From the IMG/VR virus record IMGVR_UViG_3300012007_000007, positions 99,434 through 163,433 of that record: a stretch of 64,000 bases of DNA. The stretch is one strand, 5' to 3'. Shown here in pieces: positions 1 through 8,895 of the stretch. The DNA is from a virus (lineage: Duplodnaviria > Heunggongvirae > Uroviricota > Caudoviricetes). The notes below the pieces were generated by a model. The model made no database searches, was not told the DNA's origin, and worked only from the letters and a program-made list of their open reading frames with translations. Both the position numbers and the translations under genes were made by a program. Every line of letters starts with the position of its first letter. The stretch's first letter is position 1.

Positions 1-4
1 CCAG

Positions 5-40
5 CCCTCCCGTGGAACCACGGGAGGAATTCTTTTTTTC
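5..40 (+). terminator. intrinsic terminator (hairpin CCTCCCGTGGAACCACGGGAGG + T-run)
   Basis: GC hairpin followed by aattcttttttt; same architecture recurs after most early genes. Confidence 0.5.
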
Positions 41-80
41 TGAAGGCGGAGCAGCGGCACCTCCGCGGGGACTTCCCGGT

Positions 81-118
81 GTCTATCGGGTCAGGGATGG
101 GATGGCGGGTTATCCGAG
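81..118 (+). promoter_or_regulatory. class-I repeated early promoter/operator-like element (degenerate copy)
   Basis: GTCTATCGGG-tcag-GGATGGGATGG; ~40 nt upstream of RBS of CDS 155. Confidence 0.5.
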
Positions 119-154
119 AGATAGCCATATAGGGAGTGGATAAAGGAGGTTATT

Positions 155-511
155 ATGTTAGGTATTATGAAGACTATTCGGGACGATTTCCTGGACTTTG
201 TCCGTGTGATGTTCCCCGATGGACGGATTGTAAAGCCGTCCAACGACTCACTGTATGAAGCGGACGCAGAAGCCATCGGCCTTGCCGTCAGTTCCAACTG
301 TGTAGATGTGTTCGCAAGAGTGTTGGTGGGCACTACCCCCATCTACATTGAACGGAGCTACAGCCTGGGGCAGGAGAGCAAGGTTCTGTATTTCGCAAAG
401 CTCTACGAGAGTTCCGATGAGTCCGGGGATGTGTTCGGGAGTTACATTGCCGAGACCGAGAGCGAGGATGTCCGGGAGTTCCTGCGTGCCGTGCGTGCGT
501 GGGTGAAGTAG
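155..511 (+). CDS. hypothetical early protein (118 aa)
   Basis: ORF track; AAAGGAGG RBS 8 nt upstream; own upstream element and terminator. Confidence 0.6.
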   Translation: MLGIMKTIRDDFLDFVRVMFPDGRIVKPSNDSLYEADAEAIGLAVSSNCVDVFARVLVGTTPIYIERSYSLGQESKVLYFAKLYESSDESGDVFGSYIAETESEDVREFLRAVRAWVK

Positions 512-550
512 CCATAGACCCCATACCCTGCGGGGTCAGCCCGATGAGAA

Positions 551-586
551 CCTCCCGTGGGAACACGGGAGGGATTCTTTTTTCTC
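551..586 (+). terminator. intrinsic terminator
   Basis: CCTCCCGTGGGAACACGGGAGG hairpin + ttcttttttct. Confidence 0.55.
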
Positions 587-626
587 CGGAGGCCCGGGCA
601 GCGGCGTCCCCGCGGGACTTCCCGTC

Positions 627-668
627 ATCTAACGGGTGCGGGATGGGATGCCCGGGAGGTGCGGGAGT
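627..668 (+). promoter_or_regulatory. class-I element
   Basis: TCTAACGGGtgcGGGATGGGATGCCCGGGAggtgCGGGAG. Confidence 0.55.
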
Positions 669-714
669 TGCCTATCGGTGTATATGGCGAAATTGCCATA
701 AAAGGAGGTATGCT

Positions 715-1062
715 ATGGGATTGCGTGCGACTGTAATAAAGAAGTATGAGGTTTCCTACGGGGACACCCAGGGATTCAACTACGATTCGGAGGTCTTGGC
801 TGACCTGCTGAACCATTTCTGCGATTCGGCATATTGTGGCGGGGGCTATCACTCCACAAATGCCATCTGGGAAGTCCCCAGGGGGGAAATTCAGGGAATG
901 GTGGACAGGATTTCCTCTATGACCGACACCGAATTTGCCGAGGCTTGCGAGAAGGCCACGGGAACAGACAACTACACCCGGGAGGAAGTCCTGGACGTGT
1001 TCCGGGGCTGGCTTGCGGAAACGCCCGCCGACAGCCCGTATGTGCGATTCGGCTGGCTGTAA
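715..1062 (+). CDS. hypothetical early protein (115 aa)
   Basis: in-frame ATG (residue 73 of ORF 499..1062) 8 nt after AAAGGAGG. Confidence 0.6.
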   Translation: MGLRATVIKKYEVSYGDTQGFNYDSEVLADLLNHFCDSAYCGGGYHSTNAIWEVPRGEIQGMVDRISSMTDTEFAEACEKATGTDNYTREEVLDVFRGWLAETPADSPYVRFGWL

Positions 1063-1163
1063 GAGGCCTCCTGGCCTGGCGGAAGCTCCCGGTGAATGCC
1101 GGGGGCGTTCCTTTTTGCCCGGGTGGCGGGGCGACGGAGCCCTTCCCGGCGGGAACTCCCGGT

Positions 1164-1205
1164 GTCTATCGGGTTCGGGATGGGATTCCCGGGAGGGCGG
1201 GGCCG
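1164..1205 (+). promoter_or_regulatory. class-I element
   Basis: GTCTATCGGGttcGGGATGGGATTCCCGGGAGGGCGGGG. Confidence 0.55.
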
Positions 1206-1238
1206 TAGCCATTTTTTCTTTGGAAAAAGGAGGCCATT

Positions 1239-1637
1239 ATGCTGATAAGGATAGACCAGGATGTATTCAATGCACTGAAGGCAAAGCTTGACGGCAGCCG
1301 TGCGGCCGATGAATACGTGCAGGCGAAGGCTGCGGAGAGCGGCGAGGTCATCGGCTTGCCAATCCGAGCTGCCGAGGTTGCCGAAGCTGAAGGGCTAGTC
1401 GGGCATATCAAGACCACCGGGGAAATAGACCCGTGGCACGGCCCGAGAGACCCATACATTGTCGTGACCTACGACAGCGGGGACACCGAGCTGGACGCCG
1501 AGAGGTGCGAAACCCTGGCGGACGCCGTATGCTATATGGTGAACACGGTAAAGGCCGGGGGTTGTTCCTATGCGGAACTGTGCGTGGACAACAACACGGG
1601 CGAAGCCATATATGACGTTATGAAGTGGAGTAATTGA
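1239..1637 (+). CDS. hypothetical early protein (132 aa)
   Basis: ORF track; AAAAAGGAGG RBS. Confidence 0.6.
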   Translation: MLIRIDQDVFNALKAKLDGSRAADEYVQAKAAESGEVIGLPIRAAEVAEAEGLVGHIKTTGEIDPWHGPRDPYIVVTYDSGDTELDAERCETLADAVCYMVNTVKAGGCSYAELCVDNNTGEAIYDVMKWSN

Positions 1638-1653
1638 CCCTGCCGAGCACCTC

Positions 1654-1690
1654 CCGGGAATTCCCCGGGAGGCCTTCTTGTTTCCTGGCG
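1654..1690 (+). terminator. intrinsic terminator
   Basis: CCTCCCGGGAATTCCCCGGGAGG hairpin + ccttcttgtttcc. Confidence 0.55.
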
Positions 1691-1742
1691 GCCTGAAGCT
1701 CCAGATGGCGGCTTCCTGAGTCTTCCGCCGGGAGCTCCCGGT

Positions 1743-1775
1743 ATCTATCGGGTGCCGGATGGGATGCCCGGGAGG
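1743..1775 (+). promoter_or_regulatory. class-I element (truncated, palindrome missing)
   Basis: ATCTATCGGGtgccGGATGGGATGCCCGGGAGG with no gene directly downstream. Confidence 0.4.
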
Positions 1776-1807
1776 AGAGTTGTAAACAAACTTTTACAGA
1801 AATGGTA

Positions 1808-1836
1808 TTGACAATTACACAATTTTTATCTATATT
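1808..1836 (+). promoter_or_regulatory. near-consensus sigma70 promoter (TTGACA-17-TATATT)
   Basis: exact -35 TTGACA, 17-nt AT-rich spacer, TATATT; AT island in GC-rich DNA. Confidence 0.55.
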
Positions 1837-1937
1837 TATAAATACCTTCCCGGAGTCTCCCGTCAAATCCAATCCCGATACTTGGGAACTCCCGGGAAGA
1901 ATTCTTTACCGCGTATCGCCGCCCGTGTGGTATGCCA

Positions 1938-1975
1938 TCTATCGGGTCGGGGATGGGATAAGCGGCGGTTCGGGG
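1938..1975 (+). promoter_or_regulatory. class-I element (degenerate)
   Basis: TCTATCGGGtcgGGGATGGGATAAGCGGCGG. Confidence 0.45.
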
Positions 1976-2013
1976 GTATAGACCATATTATGGGTGAACT
2001 TATGGAGGTATCT

Positions 2014-2253
2014 ATGATAAAGGTTGCAGTAAGGGATTGGTTCGGGACTCCGTATCTCGTAAAGCTGAATTCCGTCCCCTCGGTCGGGGAGGACTTCCAG
2101 GTCGGGGGGAAGGGTGACAAGCACGTCCGTGGAATCGTTTCCCGCGTGGAGAGGACGGTTACGCGGGAGGGCGACTCCATCGAGGTGTACCTGAACGACG
2201 ACCGGAACGAGGTCAACGACGAATCCGACTTCAGGAGCGTGGATTGGTGGTAG
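2014..2253 (+). CDS. hypothetical early protein (79 aa)
   Basis: ATG 6 nt after GGAGGT (residue 45 of ORF 1882..2253). Confidence 0.55.
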   Translation: MIKVAVRDWFGTPYLVKLNSVPSVGEDFQVGGKGDKHVRGIVSRVERTVTREGDSIEVYLNDDRNEVNDESDFRSVDWW

Positions 2254-2301
2254 TCTAACGGTAACAGGATGGGTTTCCCGGGTGTTCCCGGGAGTTTCCC
2301 A
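2254..2301 (+). promoter_or_regulatory. class-I element (degenerate)
   Basis: TCTAACGGtaacaGGATGGGTTTCCCGGGtgTTCCCGGGAGTTTCCCA. Confidence 0.5.
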
Positions 2302-2332
2302 TTTTTCAATGGCAACAATAGGAGGTTACGAT

Positions 2333-2626
2333 ATGCCGGAAGCTGGATTTTCCACCACGTTCCGTATGGACTTCACGATAGCAGACCGCTTCGGGGTATC
2401 CGCCGTTAAGGATACCTTCAACCGGGCGTTTGCCGAATGGAAGGGCGACTACAGGTACCTGACCGACCTGGTGATTACCCTGAACCACAAGATTTGGGAG
2501 CACTACGAGGCTGGCCACGAGTCCCTGGCAGCTTTGTACGACAGCCTCTGGAAGCAGGCTGACGGATACGCCTGCGAGCACTTGACGGGTGACGAGCTGG
2601 CCTACTTCTACCGGGAAACCGACTAG
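2333..2626 (+). CDS. hypothetical early protein (97 aa)
   Basis: ATG after ATAGGAGGTTACGAT; residue 18 of ORF 2282..2626. Confidence 0.55.
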   Translation: MPEAGFSTTFRMDFTIADRFGVSAVKDTFNRAFAEWKGDYRYLTDLVITLNHKIWEHYEAGHESLAALYDSLWKQADGYACEHLTGDELAYFYRETD

Positions 2627-2720
2627 CTGTATGGCGATGGATTGCGGAGGGCCTCCCGGGAACCACCGGGAGGCCCTGCCGTATCTGCCGGGAGGCGGCT
2701 GCGGAAACCGGGCCCGAGTC

Positions 2721-2750
2721 CCAGCGGCCCGCTGGAAATTTTTTTATTCG
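2721..2750 (+). terminator. intrinsic terminator
   Basis: CCAGCGGCCCGCTGG hairpin + aaatttttttatt. Confidence 0.5.
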
Positions 2751-2795
2751 TCTATCGGGCCGGGGATGGGATGCCCGGGAGAACCGGGGGTATGC
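2751..2795 (+). promoter_or_regulatory. class-I element
   Basis: TCTATCGGGccgGGGATGGGATGCCCGGGAGAACCGGGGG. Confidence 0.55.
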
Positions 2796-2866
2796 CATAG
2801 GTTGAGTGTAAACGGGCGGCCCGTCTGGCCCTGGATAGGCGGAGATAGTTACCTAGGGGGTAAGCT

Positions 2867-3067
2867 ATGATTAGGACACTGATTGTCACCATCCTGGTGG
2901 CCTTTGTCGCAGGTCTCGTTGCCGAGACCGCAGTGGTTGCCGTCGGCCTGGCCGGTGGCGTTGTTCCCGCCATTCACACGGGTGTTGAACTCGTGGTATG
3001 CTGGGCGGTCTGCCTGGCCGGGTTCGTGGGGAGCGTGCTCCACACGGTGCTCGGCAGGCGGTTCTGA
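2867..3067 (+). CDS. small hydrophobic membrane protein (66 aa)
   Basis: ORF track; two predicted TM helices; GGGGGTAAGCT upstream. Confidence 0.5.
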   Translation: MIRTLIVTILVAFVAGLVAETAVVAVGLAGGVVPAIHTGVELVVCWAVCLAGFVGSVLHTVLGRRF

Positions 3068-3221
3068 CGCAGTAGCGTTTACCCGTGCCACAGGGAGCCC
3101 CGGTCACCCCGACCGGGGCTTTCCCGTATCCTCCCTGGGATACGCCTGGGAACTCCCTGGGAACTCCCGGGAGCAGTCCCAGATGGCGTCAGGCGAAGCC
3201 TTCCGGCCGGAACTCCCGGTG

Positions 3222-3268
3222 TCTAACGGGACGGGGATGGGATGCCCGGGAGAACCGGGAGTGTCCTA
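3222..3268 (+). promoter_or_regulatory. class-I element
   Basis: TCTAACGGGacgGGGATGGGATGCCCGGGAGAACCGGGAGtgTCCtATATT. Confidence 0.55.
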
Positions 3269-3295
3269 TATTGTAGGTAGCTTATGGAGGCTATT

Positions 3296-3694
3296 ATGGA
3301 AATGGTGGAAATGTGCGGTATGTTCAATGTCGTGGCTACAACAATGCCCGTTGACGATTTTTCAATGGATGACCCGGAAATCAGGTTCGTCCAGGCCGGG
3401 TGCGAGGTCATCCTGAAAGACCTCGGGAGTCTCGGCCCGAAGGCCGTTGTCACCGAGCAGGGCCCGAACGAATGCGACTTCGGCGAATGGGATTGCGACT
3501 TCCGCGTGGATGGGGACACAGATACCATCTACCGCCTCGTGGTAGTCCATACGGACGATACCGTAGGCATAGGTATCCAGGCCACCGTGAGCGAATGGGA
3601 TACCTGCTCCACCATTCATTCCCTGGGTGACGTGACGGAACTGGATGCCTCCCTCCCGGTGGTGAAGGCCGAGGCTGTGAAGGCGAGCCTCTAG
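3296..3694 (+). CDS. hypothetical early protein (132 aa)
   Basis: ATG 8 nt after conserved cTATGGAGG leader. Confidence 0.6.
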   Translation: MEMVEMCGMFNVVATTMPVDDFSMDDPEIRFVQAGCEVILKDLGSLGPKAVVTEQGPNECDFGEWDCDFRVDGDTDTIYRLVVVHTDDTVGIGIQATVSEWDTCSTIHSLGDVTELDASLPVVKAEAVKASL

Positions 3695-3711
3695 CCCGGG
3701 AGGCCCTCCCG

Positions 3712-3740
3712 GGGAACTCCCGGGAGTTTTCTTTTTCTAA
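3712..3740 (+). terminator. intrinsic terminator
   Basis: CTCCCGGGGAACTCCCGGGAG + ttttctttttct. Confidence 0.55.
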
Positions 3741-3785
3741 CGGGACGGGGATGGGATGCCCGGGAGAACCGGGAGTGTCCCATAT
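3736..3785 (+). promoter_or_regulatory. class-I element
   Basis: near-identical to copy at 3222 (tandem paralogous cassettes). Confidence 0.55.
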
Positions 3786-3809
3786 TGTAGGTAGCTTATG
3801 GAGGCTAAT

Positions 3810-4340
3810 ATGGCTATGAAATACCATTACAACGTTCACGTCATTCCTACTACCCCGGGGACTGACGCAACAATCTGGGTCGGGGTCACCATCAGCGAGA
3901 AGTATGTGTCCGATGACAGCTTCGTCACCCGGGACAGCGTGCTGTGGAACGCGGCCATCGCCCGTGCCAATGAGCTGTGCCCGGACATTGGCGAATGCGT
4001 CTGCGAGGAATGGAACGGCGGCGAGCCGGTGTATCCCTACACCCGCATTACCGAGGAACAGCGACTTCTCGCCCAGCGTCTGTGGAACGAATACAACGCA
4101 ACACTTGCCAAGAACGGGATGAAGCTCCACTATGACGTGGCTAACGGTGGCTTTTTCGTGGCAAGCACTGACCTTGAGAACGGTATGCTAAAGGACGGAA
4201 AGGGTGCTACTCCCGATGACCTTGATGCCGATGAGCTGGAACGTGTCGTAAACGATGGGGGTTTTGATGACGGTGCTGTAAATAACCCCCCTTGGTTCGT
4301 GGATTTCTACTCTTACACCCTAAAGGTGAAGAGGGCATAA
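3810..4340 (+). CDS. hypothetical early protein (176 aa)
   Basis: ATG after cTATGGAGGctaat; ORF track. Confidence 0.6.
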   Translation: MAMKYHYNVHVIPTTPGTDATIWVGVTISEKYVSDDSFVTRDSVLWNAAIARANELCPDIGECVCEEWNGGEPVYPYTRITEEQRLLAQRLWNEYNATLAKNGMKLHYDVANGGFFVASTDLENGMLKDGKGATPDDLDADELERVVNDGGFDDGAVNNPPWFVDFYSYTLKVKRA

Positions 4341-4348
4341 TTCAAGAA

Positions 4349-4385
4349 CCTCCCGGGGAACTCCCCGGGAATTTTTTCCTTTCCC
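4349..4385 (+). terminator. intrinsic terminator
   Basis: ACCTCCCGGGGAACTCCCCGGGAAT + tttttcctttcc. Confidence 0.55.
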
Positions 4386-4421
4386 GGGAGCTCCCGGGGC
4401 TGTTCCGGCCGGACTCCGGTG

Positions 4422-4468
4422 TCTATCGGAGCCGGGATGGGATGCCCGGGAGAACCGGGGGTCACCCA
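4422..4468 (+). promoter_or_regulatory. class-I element
   Basis: GTCTATCGGagccGGGATGGGATGCCCGGGAGAACCGGGGG. Confidence 0.55.
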
Positions 4469-4509
4469 GGAATATGACAGGACAACAACATTAACCTATG
4501 GAGGAAAGT

Positions 4510-4824
4510 ATGAAGAAGTTTTTTATCGCCCTTGCCGTAGCCGGGATTCTCGTCGGCTGTGGTGAACAGACCAAGGATGCGGCCAAGGAAACGGCACGCA
4601 GTGCGGGAAAGCTGGCCGTCACCGCGGTATCCGAGGCAGCCAGGGGCGTTGCCGATGTCACCGCTGACGCCGCGAAGGCGACCGCTGACGCCGCGAAGGC
4701 GAAAGCCGCCGAGCTGAAGGACTCCGCTGTCGCCAAGGCAACCGAAGCGAAGGACTCCGCTGTCGCCAAGGCCAAGGAAACGGTAAAGGCCGTGGCCGAC
4801 TCCGTTTCCAAGGGGGTGAAGTAA
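4510..4824 (+). CDS. putative lipoprotein with Ala/Lys-rich tandem repeats (104 aa)
   Basis: signal peptide + LVGC lipobox; repeated AKATADAAKAKAAELKDSAVAKA units. Confidence 0.55.
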   Translation: MKKFFIALAVAGILVGCGEQTKDAAKETARSAGKLAVTAVSEAARGVADVTADAAKATADAAKAKAAELKDSAVAKATEAKDSAVAKAKETVKAVADSVSKGVK

Positions 4825-4851
4825 TATGGGACGTATCGGAGGATACCACGG

Positions 4852-5016
4852 ATGACCATTGAGCAGATTATGGAAGCCCAGCGTCTCCTGAGACGCTCCC
4901 GGAAGTCCCTCCCGGCACTGAAGGGAAAGGTAAAGGAAGCCTGCCTCGCGTGGGCGGAAACCTCCCGCAAGTACGGGGTGATTCCGCTGAGTTCAACGTT
5001 CAGCCTCGGGAGGTAG
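4852..5016 (+). CDS. small basic protein (54 aa)
   Basis: ORF below track threshold; GGAGGA RBS 9 nt upstream of ATG. Confidence 0.3.
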   Translation: MTIEQIMEAQRLLRRSRKSLPALKGKVKEACLAWAETSRKYGVIPLSSTFSLGR

Positions 5017-5167
5017 GATATGCCGATTGAATGCTACAAGAGACCTTTCTAAAACAAAATTTTACAATATCCGCACTTGACTGCGGATATTTTTTTATCT
5101 ATCCGGTTTTGTGGAGTTGTCACTGGCAGCCTGGCGGAATTCCCGGGGAAGGCTGTTATGCCCGTTA

Positions 5168-5215
5168 TCTAACGGGTCCTGGATGGGAGAACCGGGAGAA
5201 CCGGGATACCCGCAT
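5168..5215 (+). promoter_or_regulatory. class-I element (degenerate)
   Basis: TCTAACGGGtcctGGATGGGAGAACCGGGAGAACCGGGATACCC. Confidence 0.45.
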
Positions 5216-5257
5216 TGGGACGATACACAGATACACATAAAAATGGAGGCAAATACT

Positions 5258-5614
5258 ATGGCACAGAACAACGAAATTTCCACCCTCGCAAAGGTCACCA
5301 TCGGACGCTACGATGTCTCCGAGGGGAGCAGCGGCCGCTTCTGCATTGAAGTGGAGTTCCCCGGCGAACCTTCCCTCGTCGTGACCGAGGAAGACCCCGT
5401 GGCTTCCCTGGAATCCCCGGACGATACCTTCGTCACCCCCGACCTCTGCGACGAGGTGTACGACGTCCTGGAAAAGTCCGGGCTGGCAACCTACCTGGGC
5501 GGGGAATACTGCGACCCGAACCAGAACGGGGGCTTCTCGTGTGCGGTGTACCGGGTGAAGGCGGGAGAGGGCACTTTCATCGTCCGCACGGACTACGGCG
5601 TAACCGCCGAATAG
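5258..5614 (+). CDS. hypothetical early protein (118 aa)
   Basis: ATG after aaaATGGAGGcaaatact. Confidence 0.6.
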   Translation: MAQNNEISTLAKVTIGRYDVSEGSSGRFCIEVEFPGEPSLVVTEEDPVASLESPDDTFVTPDLCDEVYDVLEKSGLATYLGGEYCDPNQNGGFSCAVYRVKAGEGTFIVRTDYGVTAE

Positions 5615-5630
5615 CCATTCGGCAACTCCA

Positions 5631-5668
5631 GGGCCTCCCGGGAAATCCCGGGAGGCTTTCTGTTTCCG
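5631..5668 (+). terminator. intrinsic terminator
   Basis: GGCCTCCCGGGAAATCCCGGGAGGC + tttctgtttcc. Confidence 0.55.
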
Positions 5669-5696
5669 GCCCGGGTTCTTTCGGGAGTTCCCGGTG

Positions 5697-5745
5697 TCTA
5701 TCGGGGCGGGGATGGGTTGTCCGGGAATACCGGGCATCCTTCATT
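5697..5745 (+). promoter_or_regulatory. class-I element
   Basis: TCTATCGGGgcgGGGATGGGTTGTCCGGGAATACCGGGCATCC. Confidence 0.5.
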
Positions 5746-5773
5746 GTATAACTGCGAACCATAGGAGGACATT

Positions 5774-6343
5774 ATGCAAGAATTCCGTGTAACTGCTACC
5801 ATTGACACCCGCAGGGCGACCGGAGACCGCACCACACAAATTCTCGGTGTCGTAGTCACGCTCGACTACCCGCAATCCGGCCACCACTTGACCGTCCATC
5901 TTTCCGGGGTGAGGCTGGAGAATTTCCACGCCTGCAACCCCTCGGTGAAGCTTCCGCCCGACATCATCTTTGAAGGCGAAGGCATACACGAGGCCATCTG
6001 CACTGCCATTCTGGAAGAGGTGGTGAAGGCTGCCAATTGGAGCATCCCGGAGGTTGACGTGGTGAACGAGGCACGTGCCCGCATGAAGGGGCTGATTGAC
6101 TTCCTTGCCGCCAACGGTCAGAGCCTCGGCTTTGACGATGACAGCGACACGCTGTTCATCGCCCCGAAGGGACTGCAATGGGATAACCAGGGTAAGGGCG
6201 GAAATGATTTAATCCCGGTAACGGCTGAGGAACTGGAATACCGTTCTGAACACTGCGACATCTGCTCGGAAAAGATTTGCTTCTGCCGTCCGAATGACGG
6301 GAGCGAATTCCTTGAGAAGAACGGCCTCCGCAAGGCAAGATAA
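5774..6343 (+). CDS. hypothetical early protein (189 aa)
   Basis: ORF track; ATAGGAGGACATT RBS. Confidence 0.6.
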   Translation: MQEFRVTATIDTRRATGDRTTQILGVVVTLDYPQSGHHLTVHLSGVRLENFHACNPSVKLPPDIIFEGEGIHEAICTAILEEVVKAANWSIPEVDVVNEARARMKGLIDFLAANGQSLGFDDDSDTLFIAPKGLQWDNQGKGGNDLIPVTAEELEYRSEHCDICSEKICFCRPNDGSEFLEKNGLRKAR

Positions 6344-6365
6344 TCTTTAACCCTCCCCACGGAGA

Positions 6366-6400
6366 CTCCCGGGAAACTCCCGGGGGTCTTTCTTTTTTCC
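6366..6400 (+). terminator. intrinsic terminator
   Basis: CTCCCGGGAAACTCCCGGGGG + tctttcttttttcc. Confidence 0.55.
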
Positions 6401-6461
6401 TCCCGGACTGTACCTGCCGACTCTGAAGCTTCTGGCGGCCGCCCGCGGGAACCTCCCGGTG

Positions 6462-6510
6462 TCTAACGGGTTACGGATGGGATGCCCGGGTTTCCCGGGA
6501 GTGGACCATA
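6462..6510 (+). promoter_or_regulatory. class-I element
   Basis: TCTAACGGGttacGGATGGGATGCCCGGGTTTCCCGGGAG. Confidence 0.55.
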
Positions 6511-6552
6511 TGCGAAGCAGGAATTCAACTTGAACCTATGGAGGATTGAACT

Positions 6553-7014
6553 ATGAGTATGGGATATGGTGCTAACTTTGCCGAAGTGGTAACTAAGGAA
6601 AGTCTGGCGAAGGTTATTGGCGACCGTGGCTGCCGCAGGGTAAACGCTTTCATTAAGGCGTTCAAGAACTATGAACTGGATGAAGGCGAATACGGCTGTC
6701 GGGATGAGCTGTGCGATGCCATTATGGGTATTGGCTGTACTCCGGCAGGTATTGACACTGACCGGAAGGAGTTTAAGGCACTGAAGGCAAAGTGGGATGC
6801 TATCGCCACGAAGTTTAAGGAAGCGACAAAGATTGCCCTCTGGTGCAACTGGCATTCCATTGATGAGGATGGCGACCGATACGATGAGGTGGACGGACTC
6901 TACTTTGATGTCGGCCTGAAGTCCATCTGGCAGCCAACGAAGGCTTACCGGGAGGCGATGGCAAAGTTCGGAAAGAACTTCATCACTCGTAAGTTTTTCG
7001 TAACATTTGGCTAA
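6553..7014 (+). CDS. hypothetical early protein (153 aa)
   Basis: ORF track; cTATGGAGGattgaact leader. Confidence 0.6.
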   Translation: MSMGYGANFAEVVTKESLAKVIGDRGCRRVNAFIKAFKNYELDEGEYGCRDELCDAIMGIGCTPAGIDTDRKEFKALKAKWDAIATKFKEATKIALWCNWHSIDEDGDRYDEVDGLYFDVGLKSIWQPTKAYREAMAKFGKNFITRKFFVTFG

Positions 7015-7023
7015 AAAAGTAAG

Positions 7024-7062
7024 GAAATCCCTCCCGCTACCCTCCGGGAGGGATTTTTTGTA
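7024..7062 (+). terminator. intrinsic terminator
   Basis: AATCCCTCCCGCTACCCTCCGGGAGGGATT + ttttgtat. Confidence 0.55.
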
Positions 7063-7099
7063 TAAACTGCGGAAAACAACCAGGAACATAGGTTACGAT

Positions 7100-7666
7100 A
7101 TGATGGGCGACATTATCCAGTTCCCGAACGCATACCAGGGGAACAACCAATACGCAATGCAGAAACGGCAGGAACTTGCCTGGCTGAGGGAACGCCTGGA
7201 CAACATCAAGCAGAAGCTGGCAATGGCGAATATTTCCGGGACAAGGGATGACATCTACGACCTGGAACTCCAGGCCCGCAACCTCCTGCGACGCAGGCGA
7301 TTTCTGCTGGGCGGGGGAGACCCTGCGGACAATTCCGTCCAGGAAGATAACCATTACCCGGACGAGCTCGTCATGCTGGACGATATGCTTGAGCTGAAGA
7401 TGGAGGAATACGAGGAATGCGAGGGGGACGAGAATACCAACCCCGAGAAGGCGAGGATTGGCCGGGAATACGAGGAGATTGACGGCCTCAAGAGCTCAAT
7501 GAAGAAGGCTTGGTTTGCGGACGAGGAGTTTTCCGATGCCGACCTTGACAAATACTACAAGCTCCTGGCGAAGTACGTCGTACCTCCCGGGTTCAATAAC
7601 GGGAACAGCGAAGGCCTCACCAACGAAGAATTCATCGCCAAGTACGGCAAGGACCTCCAGGACTAG
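7100..7666 (+). CDS. hypothetical acidic protein (188 aa), no class-I element of its own
   Basis: first ATG after terminator (residue 32 of ORF 7007..7666); weak RBS AGGTTACGAT. Confidence 0.5.
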   Translation: MMGDIIQFPNAYQGNNQYAMQKRQELAWLRERLDNIKQKLAMANISGTRDDIYDLELQARNLLRRRRFLLGGGDPADNSVQEDNHYPDELVMLDDMLELKMEEYEECEGDENTNPEKARIGREYEEIDGLKSSMKKAWFADEEFSDADLDKYYKLLAKYVVPPGFNNGNSEGLTNEEFIAKYGKDLQD

Positions 7667-7674
7667 CCCGGCTC

Positions 7675-7735
7675 TCTAACGGGTTACGGATGGCTTCCCC
7701 GGGATTTCCCGGGGATTTCCCATATATTGGGCGAG
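7675..7735 (+). promoter_or_regulatory. class-I element (variant with duplicated palindrome)
   Basis: TCTAACGGGttacGGATGGCTTCCCCGGGATTTCCCGGGGATTTCCCATATATT. Confidence 0.5.
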
Positions 7736-7792
7736 GGCTTTCCCAGGGCCCTACCGGGGGTTTCCCGGGAAACCGTAATATGGAGGTTAGAT

Positions 7793-8113
7793 ATGTTCGT
7801 TCTTATGTTCTCGAGTTCCGACCCGAACGAGATTGACTGCCAGCGGCCGAGCGTAATCGCCCACGGGGATACCGTGGATGACCTCATCCAGGCACTGACC
7901 GACGAGGTGGCGTCCGAGGCCTGCATCCACGACGGTGCGAAGCTGTACGCCTGGGGCTACAGTGCCGGGGACGAGATTGACGCGAATGACATCGCTGGGC
8001 TCTGCGACGCGGTGTCCGAGGGAGTCACCCACATCACACTGAAGATTCCCGAAGGCCCGTTCAACGCGGAATACTGCAACAACTGGGCCATTGACGAGAT
8101 TGACCTGGACTAG
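7793..8113 (+). CDS. hypothetical early protein (106 aa)
   Basis: ATG after aATATGGAGGttagat. Confidence 0.6.
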   Translation: MFVLMFSSSDPNEIDCQRPSVIAHGDTVDDLIQALTDEVASEACIHDGAKLYAWGYSAGDEIDANDIAGLCDAVSEGVTHITLKIPEGPFNAEYCNNWAIDEIDLD

Positions 8114-8261
8114 GCAAGACTTCTGCATAGCAACCTCCTAACACCTCCCGTAGCGATACGGGAGGTTCGTCGTATGGAGGAGGATTTTTTATTATATTTC
8201 CTGAAGCTTCCCCGCCGAGCAGTTCAGGAATTCCCCGGAGGCTTCCCGGTGTCTAACGGGA

Positions 8262-8300
8262 CGGGGATGGGATGCCCGGGAACTCCACGAGATAACCACC
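8262..8300 (+). promoter_or_regulatory. class-I element (palindrome half lost)
   Basis: TCTAACGGGacgGGGATGGGATGCCCGGGAACTCCACG. Confidence 0.5.
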
Positions 8301-8334
8301 TGACAGACAACGGATAATTAACCGAGGAGGCAAA

Positions 8335-8715
8335 ATGATTACCATTCCCAAGAACACATTACCGCAGGAACTCGCAGAGAAGGATTCCCGTTGCGATGAA
8401 AAGGTTGTCCAGCGTATCGTGGACGCATTCCTGCATGGCGGTGCGTGGAAGACTTTCCACCCGTTTTCCGACGGCCCGTACCGCAGGGTGAACAACTTTG
8501 TCGCCAAGGACTACTTCTGGGATGACTCGGACGACGGAAAGTGCGTGAAGTTCACCAACACAGAACTCGACCGTGCGGTAGAACTGCTGAAGGATGCGGG
8601 CTACTTCTTCTACCGCAAGTATGAATACGGCACTTGGCTCGCCTACTTCTGCTCCCCGCGTCCCTCGTGCGAGAACGCAGTGAGGGTGGACATCGTGGAG
8701 CACTTCAACCCGTAA
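8335..8715 (+). CDS. hypothetical early protein (126 aa)
   Basis: ORF track; GAGGAGG RBS. Confidence 0.6.
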   Translation: MITIPKNTLPQELAEKDSRCDEKVVQRIVDAFLHGGAWKTFHPFSDGPYRRVNNFVAKDYFWDDSDDGKCVKFTNTELDRAVELLKDAGYFFYRKYEYGTWLAYFCSPRPSCENAVRVDIVEHFNP

Positions 8716-8760
8716 CCCAACTACCTGTCCACCGTATCCCGCATCCCACCGCCCGTTATG

Positions 8761-8808
8761 TCTAACGGGCTACGGATGGGATGCCCGGGAGAACCGGGAA
8801 TCCTTCAT
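8761..8808 (+). promoter_or_regulatory. class-I element
   Basis: TCTAACGGGctacGGATGGGATGCCCGGGAGAACCGGGAATCC. Confidence 0.55.
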
Positions 8809-8895
8809 TGATACTATGCAACAAAAAATGTAGATTTACGCTATAAACCGTCATATAGCGAGACCATCAAAAGAACCTTTAATCGGAGAACAGAT